NCBI RefSeq assembly: GCF_009914755.1
Contig: NC_060926.1
DNA: 64,000 nucleotides
From: the human T2T-CHM13v2.0 reference genome, Homo sapiens
Direction: 5' to 3' (one strand)
Shown here: positions 53,690 to 64,000 of the stretch, in pieces
Layout of the letters: each line of letters opens with the position of its first letter
Position numbering within the stretch: position 1 is the stretch's first letter
Made by a program: the position numbers and the translations under genes
Notes under the pieces: model-generated
What the model was told of the DNA's origin: nothing
Database searches by the model: none
The model's input: the letters and a program-made list of their open reading frames with translations, nothing else

Positions 53690-54210
53690 AAAAATAATAT
53701 AAAATTTACATCCATTGAGATTCGTTGAGATGAATGTATGCGTCCATGTAGCTACTATCCCAATTCATACAGAACATTTCAACTACAGTAAACGTTTTCT
53801 TCATGCCTCTTCCAATGAAACTCCACATCCTATAAGAAAACACTTCTGATTTATATCACCATGTGTATTAATTTTGCCTGTTTCTTAAACTTAATAAAAA
53901 TAGAAGTATACATTAAGTACTTGTGAGCCTGTCCTCTCTCATTCAGCTTACTGGTTTTGAGATTTATTTGTGCTGCTGTGATTAATTATCTTTATTGCTG
54001 CATGGTATACTGTGTATAAATAACCTATGATTTATTTATTCATTCCTCTCTTTATGAACATTTGGACTGCTTCTAGTTTTTAGATGACAGGAACACAGCT
54101 TACCTGAACATTCTTGTACACATCTTTTTGTGATGTATATTGTATTTTCTCTTGGGTAAACATATGAGAGTGGAATTGCAGAGTCATAGAAAAAAATGAA
54201 TGTCTAACTT
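53690..54210 (-). mobile_element. L1ME-type 3' fragment
   Basis: tgaacatttggactgcttctagttttt...tgaacattcttgtacacatctttttgtg...ttctcttgggtaaa...gagtggaattgc. Confidence 0.7.
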
Positions 54211-54230
54211 TTGAGATACAATTCACATAC

Positions 54231-55113
54231 TAAAGAAAAATAACCCTCCTTTTCTTATACTTGACTTCTGACACTAGATGTGTGGATTTTTTCCATACCA
54301 ACTAATTCTTCAACACCAGCTGGGTATCCTGCAATTCAATGATGACACTGAAATTAGTGTAAGCCTCACAGGTTAAGGGTTCAGTCCCAAAGACTACCCT
54401 CCAGTTCAGATACCAATCTCAAGTAGTGGATCTCCAGGTTACTCACACTTCTGTGCTACTGTGTTAAAAGTTGGGGCTTCCTATGACCCTCTTCTTAGTT
54501 TCATAATTTGCTATGACAGCTCATACAACTTAAGGAAACATTTATTCATGTTCATCAGTTTATTATAAAGGATATGATGAAGGATACAGATGAACAGCCA
54601 GATGAAGACATGCATAGGATGAGGTCTGGAGGGGTCCCAAGTACAGATATTTCTGTCCCTTGGGGTTAGAATATCCCCCCTCTGGCACATGGATGTGTTC
54701 AACCAAGTGGAGGCTCCTAAAACCTTGTACTTTAGAGATTTTTATGGAGGTTTCATTGCATAGACAAGATCGGTTATTAACTCCATTTCCAGAGGACGGA
54801 GGGTCCTTTTCTCCTCCTGGAGGACGGAGGGTGGGGCCGAAAGTTCCAAGATTTTCACTGTGGCTTGGTCTTTCTGGTGATCAGACCCCATCCTGGAGCC
54901 ATCCAGGAGTTCAGCAAGAGTCGCCTCATCAGAACAAAAGATGCTCCTTGGAATCCCAGGAAATTCCAAGGGATTTAGGAGCTCTGTGCTACACATAAAC
55001 ATCAAAGGCCAAATATTAGAACGAAAGATGCTCCAGCGACTGTATCATTCAGGAGATTTCTTTTTGAGGAAATGAGGACAGAGACCAATATACATATATT
55101 TCTTCTTATTTCA
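54231..55113 (-). mobile_element. MER21-family LTR
   Basis: acttctgacact...acaccagctgggtatcct.caattcaat...cacaggttaagggttcagtccca...aaggatacagatgaacagccagatgaaga...gaccaatatacatatatttctt; 5-bp TSD catac/tatac inside the L1MB 3' end. Confidence 0.85.
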
Positions 55114-56795
55114 TATACGTCACCCTTTTCAAGTGGACAATTGTAGTTTTTACTATATTCACAAAGTTGTCTAATGATCATCCCCAATTCCAGACTATTT
55201 TCATCATCCCCCAAGGAAGCTACATACCCATTATCAGTCAGTCACTCCCCAGTTCCCTTTAACTTCAGTCCCTGGCAACTACTAATCTACCTCTATGTAT
55301 TTTCTTTCCTGGGCATTTTATATAAATTGAATCATTCAATATGTGGTCTCTTGTATCTGTACTCTTACTTACCATAATATTTTCACGAGTCATCCATGTT
55401 GAAGCATATTATCGGTACTTCATTCCTTTTTATTGCCAAATAATCTATTATATGGATACATCACATTTTATCTATTCTTCAGTTGATTGACATTGGGTTG
55501 TTTCCAATTTCTGGCTATTACAGAGAATGCTGCAGTCAACTTTCACATACAAGTTTTTGTGTGAACGTATTTTCAGTTTTCTTGGATATGCAACTGGAAG
55601 TAGAATTAGAATTGCTGGGTAATATGACTTCACATTTAACTTTTTGAGAAAATGCCAAACTGTTTTCCAAAGCAGCTGTACCATTTTAGATCCCCATCAG
55701 CAATGTATGGGCTCCAATTTCTCCCAATACTTGCTATCGTTCTACTCTTTGGTCACAGACAACATTGTAGGTGTGAAGTGATCTCATTGTGGTTTTGATT
55801 TGTATTTCTCTAATGATTAATGATAAACATCCTTTCATGTGCTTACTGGCCATTTGGATAAATATCTGTTCAAATACTTTGCCCATTTTCAATTGGGTTA
55901 TTTAACTACATAACGTTTGAGTTACTCTAAGTGTTCTTTATATATTCTGGATGATGGACCCTTATCAAATATATGATTTGCAACAATTTTCTCCCAATAT
56001 CTAGATTGCATTTACAGTTTTTAAATAATAATATTTGAAGCACAAAAGTTTTAAATTTTGATTTAAGTCCAATGTATCTATTTTAAATTTTGTTGCTTGT
56101 GCTTTTGGTGTCATATATATGAAATCATTGCCTAGTTTAAGGTCATGAATATTTACTTGTGTGTTTTCATTTAATAATTTTTTTCATTTTTAGTCTTACA
56201 CTTAAGTTTTAGTTCATGTTGAGTACATTTTTATGTATGTTATGAGGAAGTGGTTCAACAACTTTATTCTTTTGCATCTGGATATCTAGTTACTCCAGCA
56301 TTCTTTGTTGAAAACATTATTTCCTGCATTAAATTGCCTTGGTACCATTATCAAAAATCACTTGACGATAATGAATAACTTTATTTCTGGACTCTCAATT
56401 TTATTTCATGATCAATATAATATGTCTATCCTATGCCAATACCACACAGTCTTGATTAGTGTAGCTTCGTACTAATTTTTGAAATTAATCAGTCCTTCAA
56501 CTTTATTCTTTTTCAAGATTGTTTTGGCTATTCTGGGTCCTTTTATTTCCATATGAATTTAGTATCAACTTATCATTTTCAGCAAAAAGACAGTTGAGAT
56601 TTTGATAGGGATTACATCAAATCTTTAGATCAATTTGGGGAATATTGCCATCCTAACAATATTACATCTTCCATTTCATGAGCATAGATGTCTTTGCATT
56701 TAGTTCTTCTTTAATTTAAGTAGCTTTATGGTTTTTTTTTTTTTTTCAGTGTAAAAGCCTTGCACATTTTTGTTAAATTTATTCTTAAGAATTTT
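55114..56795 (-). mobile_element. L1MB-type 3'UTR and ORF2 end (extreme 3' end at about 54210-54230)
   Basis: ccctggcaactactaatctac, ctcattgtggttttgatttg, ccaataccacacagtcttgatt; continues after the L1PA insertion. Confidence 0.85.
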
Positions 56796-59700
56796 GTTTT
56801 TTCTCAAATTTTATGTTAAGTTCTGGAATACATGTGCTGAACGTGCAGGTTTATTACATAGGTATATGTGTGGCATGGTGGTATGCTGCACCTATCAACC
56901 CGTCATTTAGGTTTTAAGCTCCACATGTGTTAGTTATTTGTCCTGATGCTTTCCCTTCCCTCCCTGCAGCCCCCGACAGGCCCCAGTGTGTGTTGTTCCC
57001 CTCCCTGTGTCCATGTGTTCTCATTGTTCATCTCCCACTTATGATTGAGAACATGTGGTGTTTTATTTTCTGTTCCTGTGTTAGTTTGCTGGGGATGATG
57101 GCTTCCAGCTTCATCCATGTCCCTGCAAATGACATAATCTCATTCCTTTTTATGGCTACATAGTATTCTGTGGTGTATATGTACCACATTTTCTTTATCC
57201 AGTCTATCATTGATGGGCATTTGGGTTGGTTCCAACTCTTTGCTTGTAAATAGTGCTGCAGTAAACATACTTGTGCATATGTCTTTATAGTAGAATGATT
57301 TATAATCCTTTGGGCATATATCCAGTAATGGGATCGCTGGGTCAAATGGTATTTCTGGTTCTAGATCCTTGAGGAATCGCCACACTGTCTTCCACAATGG
57401 TCGAACTAATTTACATTCCCACCAACAGAATAAAAGTGTTCCTATTTCTGCACAGCCTCACCAGCATCTGTTGTTTTTGGACTTTTTAATAATTGCCATT
57501 CTGACTGGTGTGAGATGGTATTTCATTGTGGTTTTGATTTGCATTTCTTTAATCATCAGTGATGTTGAGCTTTTTTTCATATGTTTGTTGGCCATGTAAA
57601 TGTCTTCCTTTGAGAAGTGTCTGTTCATATCCTTTGCCCGCTTTTTGATAAGGTTGTTTTCTTTTTTCTTGTACATTTGTTTAAGTTCCTTGTAGATTCT
57701 GGATATTAGACTGTTGTCAGATGGGTAGATTGCAAAATTTTTCTCCCATTCTGTAGGTTACCTGTTCTCTCTGATGATAGTTTTTTCGGTTTATTTTTGT
57801 TTGTTTGTTTGTTTTTTGCCGTGCAGAAGCTCTTTAGTTTAATTAGATCCCATTTGTCAATTTTAGCTTTTGTTACAATTGCTTGTGGTGTTTTTGTCAT
57901 GAAATCTTTGCCCATGCCTGTGTCCTGAATGGTATTGCCTAGGTTTTCTTCTAGGGTTTTTATGGTTTGGGGTTTTACATATAAGTCTTTAATCCATCCT
58001 AAGTTAATTTTTGTATAAGGTGTAAGGAAGAGATCCAGTTCCAGTTTCCTGCATATGGCTAGCCAGTTTTCGCAGTGCTGTTCGTTAAATAGGGAATCCT
58101 TTCCCCATTGCTTGTTTTTGTCAGTTTTGTTGAAGATCAGATAGTTGTAGATATGTGGTGTAATTTTTGAGGTCACTATTTTGTTCCATTGGTCTGTATG
58201 TCTGCTTTGGTACCCGTACAATGCTGTTTTGGTTACCATAGCGTTGTAGTATAGTTTCAAGTCAGGTAGCATGATGCCTCCAGCTTTGTTCTTTTTGCTT
58301 AGTATTGTCTTGGCTATACGGGCTCTTTTTTGGTTCCATATGAAATTTAAAGTGGTTTTTCCTAATTATTTGAAGAATGTTAATGGTAGTTTGATGGGAA
58401 TAGCATAGAAACTGTAAATTACCTTGGGCCGTATGGCCATTTTCACGATATTGATTCTTCCTATCCATGAGGATGGAATGTTTTTCCATTTGTTTATGTC
58501 TTCTCTTATTTTCTTGAGCAGTGGTTTGTAGTTCTCCTTGAAGAGGTCCTTCAACTCCCTTGTTAGGTGTATTCCTAGGTATTTTATTCCCTTTGTAGCA
58601 GTTGTGAAAGGAAATTCATTCATGATTTGGCTCTCTGCCTGTCTATTGTTGATGTATAGGAATGCTTGTGATTTTTGCACATTGATTTCGTATCCTGAGA
58701 CTTTGCTGAAGGTACTTATCAGCTTAAGGAGTTTTGGGGCTGAGATGATGGGATTTTCTAAATACAGAATCATGTCATCTACAAACAGAAACATTTTTAC
58801 TTCCTCTCTTCCTATTTGAATTTATTTCTTTCTCTTGCCTGATTTTCCTGGCCAGAACTCCCAATACTATGTTGAATAGGAGTGGTGAGAGAAGGCATCC
58901 TTGTCTTGTGTCAGTTTTCAAAGGGAATGATGTCAGCTTTTGTCCTTCCAGTCTGATATTGGCTACGGGTTTGTTGTAAATAGCTTTCATTATTTTGAGA
59001 TATGTTCCATCAATACCTAGTTCATTGAGAGATTTTAGCATGAAGAGGTGTTGAATTTTATTGAAGGTCTTTTCTGCATCTATTGAGATAATCATGTGGT
59101 TTTTGTCATTGATTCTGTTTATGTGATGGATTATGTTTATTGGTTTGTGTATGTTGAACCAGCCTTGTATCCCAGGGATGAAGCCGGCTTGATTGTGGTG
59201 AATATGCTTTTTGATGTGCTGCTGGATTCAGTTTGCCAGTATTTTATTGAGGAATTTTCCATCAATGTTCATCAGGGATATTGGCCCGAAGTTTTCTTTT
59301 TTTTCTTGTGTCTCTGCCAGATTTTGGTATCAGGATGATGCTGGCCTCATAAAATGAGTTAGGGTGGAGTCCCTTCTTTTCAGTTGTTTGGAATAGTTTC
59401 AGAAGGAATGGTACCAACTCCTCTTTGTACCTCTGGTAGAATTTGGCTGTGAATCCGTCTGGTCCTGGGCTTTTTTTGGTTGGTAGGCTAGTAATTGCTG
59501 CTGCAATTTCAGAACTTGTCATTGGTCTATTCAGGGATTTGACTTCTTCCTGGTTTAGTCTTGGGAGGGTGTATGTGTCCAGGAATTTATCCATTTCTTC
59601 TAGATTTTCTAGCTTATTTGTGTAGAGGTGTTTATAGTATTCTCTGATGGTAGTTTGTATTTCTATGGGGTCCGTGGTGATATCTCCTTTATCATTTTTT

Positions 59701-60105
59701 ATTGTGTCTATTGTCCATTTGATTCTTCTCTCTTTTCTTCTTTGTTATTCTAGCTAGTGGTCTATCTATTTTGTTAATTTTTTTCCAAAAAGCTCCTCCT
59801 GGATTCATTGGTATTTTTGAAGGCTTTTTCATGTCTCTGTCTCCTTCACTTCTGCTCTGATCTTAGTTATTTCTTTCCTTCTGCTAGCTTTTGGATTTGT
59901 TTGCTCTTGCTTATCTAGTTCTTTCAATTGTGCTGTTAGGGTGTCAATTTGGAATCTTTGTAGCTTTCTGATGTGGGCATTTAGTGCTATAAATTTCCCT
60001 CTTAACGCGGCTTTAGCTGTGTCCCAGAGATTCTGGCATGTTGTCTCTTTATTCTCATCGGTTTCAAAGAACTTCTTGATTTCTGCCTTAATTTCATTAT
60101 TTACC
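56796..60105 (-). mobile_element. 5'-truncated L1PA (L1PA8-like), 3.3 kb
   Basis: 3'UTR tacatgtgctgaacgtgcaggtt...aggttttaagc...cccgacaggccccagtgtgtg; ORF2 remnants; perfect 15-bp TSD attcttaagaatttt at 56781-56795 and 60106-60120. Confidence 0.95.
57400..60105 (-). pseudogene. Disrupted L1 ORF2 (reverse transcriptase and C-terminal region)
   Basis: ORF fragments [58 protein letters not shown] (FADD motif mutated), IKYLGIHLT; multiple frameshifts and stops. Confidence 0.92.
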
Positions 60106-60120
60106 ATTCTTAAGAATTTT

Positions 60121-62070
60121 TTTGATGCTATCATAAATTGCATTTTTAATTTAATTTAATTTTCAGGTTATTTTGTGTTACTGTATGGGAATGCAATTGA
60201 TTTTTGTATACTGGTCTTATATCCTGTTTGAATTCATTAATTATATCTAATTGTTTTAGTGTGTATGTGTGTGCATTCATGTGTGAATTCCTTAGGAGTT
60301 TCTAGGTACAAGATTATATGAGCTCCAAATACACATTGCTTTATTTGTTCCTTTCTGATATGGATATCTTCTTTTTTCTGCCTAATTTCTTCATCTGGAA
60401 CCTACAATACAGTGCTAAACAGCAAAAGGGGACATCCTTGTCTTGTTACTCATCTGAGAAGGGAAGCTTTCAGTGTTTCACTAAATATGATGTTAGCACT
60501 GAGTTCTCATAGATGTCCTTGGTCAGGGTAACTTTTCGTCAATTAGTTTAAATGTTGGATTTTGTTAAATGATTTTCTGCATCTGTTAATGTAGGTTGGT
60601 GCAAAAGTAATTGCGGTTTTGCCATTACCGTAATGGCAAAACCGCAATTACTTTTGCACTAACCTAATATGTGGTTTTTGTCCTTTTTTCTGTTACTATT
60701 GTGTTTTACATTGATTGATTTTGTATGACTCAAAATCAAGCTTGAATGCTTGCAATAAATCCTATTTGGTCATATTGTGTAATCCTTTTTGATATTTCTA
60801 GATTTAGTTTTATAGTACTTTGTATTCATAAGAAGTAGTGGTGTGTATGTCTCTTTCCTTATGATGAATATCAAGTTTACACTGACCTCATAGGCTATGC
60901 TGGAAAATATTTTATCCTTTTCTAGTTTTTGGATGAATTTGGAAATATTAATGTTAATACTTACACATTTGGGAGAATTCACCAGTGAAGCAATCTGGTC
61001 CTGGGCTGAAAGTTTTTTGATTAGTCATTATCTTTACTTGCTGTAAGTCTATTTGGGTTTTATATTTCTTCTTGAGTCAGTTTTGGTAGCTTAAATGCTT
61101 TTAGTATATTCATTTTATCTAAGTTATCTAACTTGTTGGCATAAAAGTATTCATATTATTCCCTTATAATTGTTTTTATTTCTGTAATATAACTTCTTTC
61201 ATTCCTGATTTTAGTAATTTGAGCCTTCTCTCTTTTTTTTTTCCTTTGTCAGTCTATGGCTTTATCAATTCTGTTGACCATTTTTAAAACTCTAAATTTT
61301 GCTTTTGTTGATTTTCTACATTATTTTCTATTCTCCATTTTATTTCTACACAAATGTTCATTATTTCCTTTCTTCTGTTTAAGTTTAGTTTGCACTTCTT
61401 TTGTTAGTTTTATGAAGTGGAAGATTAAATGTATAAATTTAAGGTCTTCCATTTAATGTAGACATGTATAGTTATAAATTTCCTTTTGAACACTTTTCCT
61501 GGATCCCATAAGTTTTGGCATATTGTGTGGCAGTCTCATTCACCTTAAACTATTATCTAATGTTTTTGTGTTTTATTGCTTTACCCATTGATTATATAGA
61601 TTGTGTTGTTTAATTTCTATGTATTTTTGAATTTTTAAATTTATTTCTGTTATTGATTTCTAATTTCACTGTATTGTGGTTGAAGAACATATTTTGAATA
61701 ATTTTGATCCTCTTAACAATACTTAAATTTAAAAAAATTTTAAATGGCCTAACATGGTATATCTAGAGAATATTCCATGTGTACTTGAGAAGAATGTGCA
61801 TTCTGCTGTTGTTGGTTGGAGTGTTTTATAGATATCTTTTAGTTCCTATTAGTTTATAATTTTGTTTAAGTTTTTGATTTACTTTTGATCTCCTATCTAT
61901 ACATTTTTCTATCTGCTAATGAAAGTGAGGTATTAAAATCTCCGGTTATTACTGTTGAATTGTCTATTTCTCCCTTCAATTCTGAAAGTTTTTATGTATT
62001 TTGGGACTTTGTTGTTAGGTTCAAACGTAGTTATAATTGTTATATCTTCTTGATGAATTGATCCTTTCCT
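60121..62070 (-). mobile_element. Continuation of the old L1M ORF2 remnant
   Basis: atgcaattgatttttgtata, agaattcaccagtgaagcaatctggtcctgggc, tgtacttgagaagaatgtgcattctgctgttgttgg. Confidence 0.8.
60591..60667. mobile_element. MADE1 (Hsmar1-derived MITE; miR-548-type hairpin)
   Basis: taggttggtgcaaaagtaattgcggttttgccattac-c-gtaatggcaaaaccgcaattacttttgcactaaccta. Confidence 0.96.
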
Positions 62071-62089
62071 TTTTTCTTTACCATTTCTG

Positions 62090-64000
<1,911 letters not shown>

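Noticed and set aside
56796-60105. Potentially active L1 reverse transcriptase
   Set aside because: 5'-truncated with no promoter or ORF1; ORF2 is frameshifted and the catalytic motif reads FVDD.

Overview
Primate (probably human or another ape: AluY, AluS and L1PA elements are present) non-coding genomic DNA, either intergenic or deep intronic. I find no credible protein-coding exon, RNA gene, CpG-island promoter or CRISPR array. The ORF track consists of Alu, L1 and simple-repeat readthroughs plus chance ORFs. A large share of the window is transposon-derived: 7 Alus, L1PA/L1M fragments (an almost continuous nested L1 block from about 53.7 kb to the end), MaLR/ERVL solo LTRs, hAT/Tigger/mariner MITEs, and MIR/L2/L3 relics. 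All repeat calls are by eye from remembered consensus sequences, so subfamily names and old-repeat boundaries are approximate. I cannot support a new multi-gene system. The most unusual signals are structural: (1) a ~770-bp AT-rich block closed by an inverted copy of its unique left flank (PATRR-like); (2) three short non-tandem insertions copied from nearby DNA; (3) a MADE1 that has become a near-perfect 37/1/37 palindrome; (4) an unexplained 73-nt hairpin; and (5) a few candidate enhancer motif clusters.
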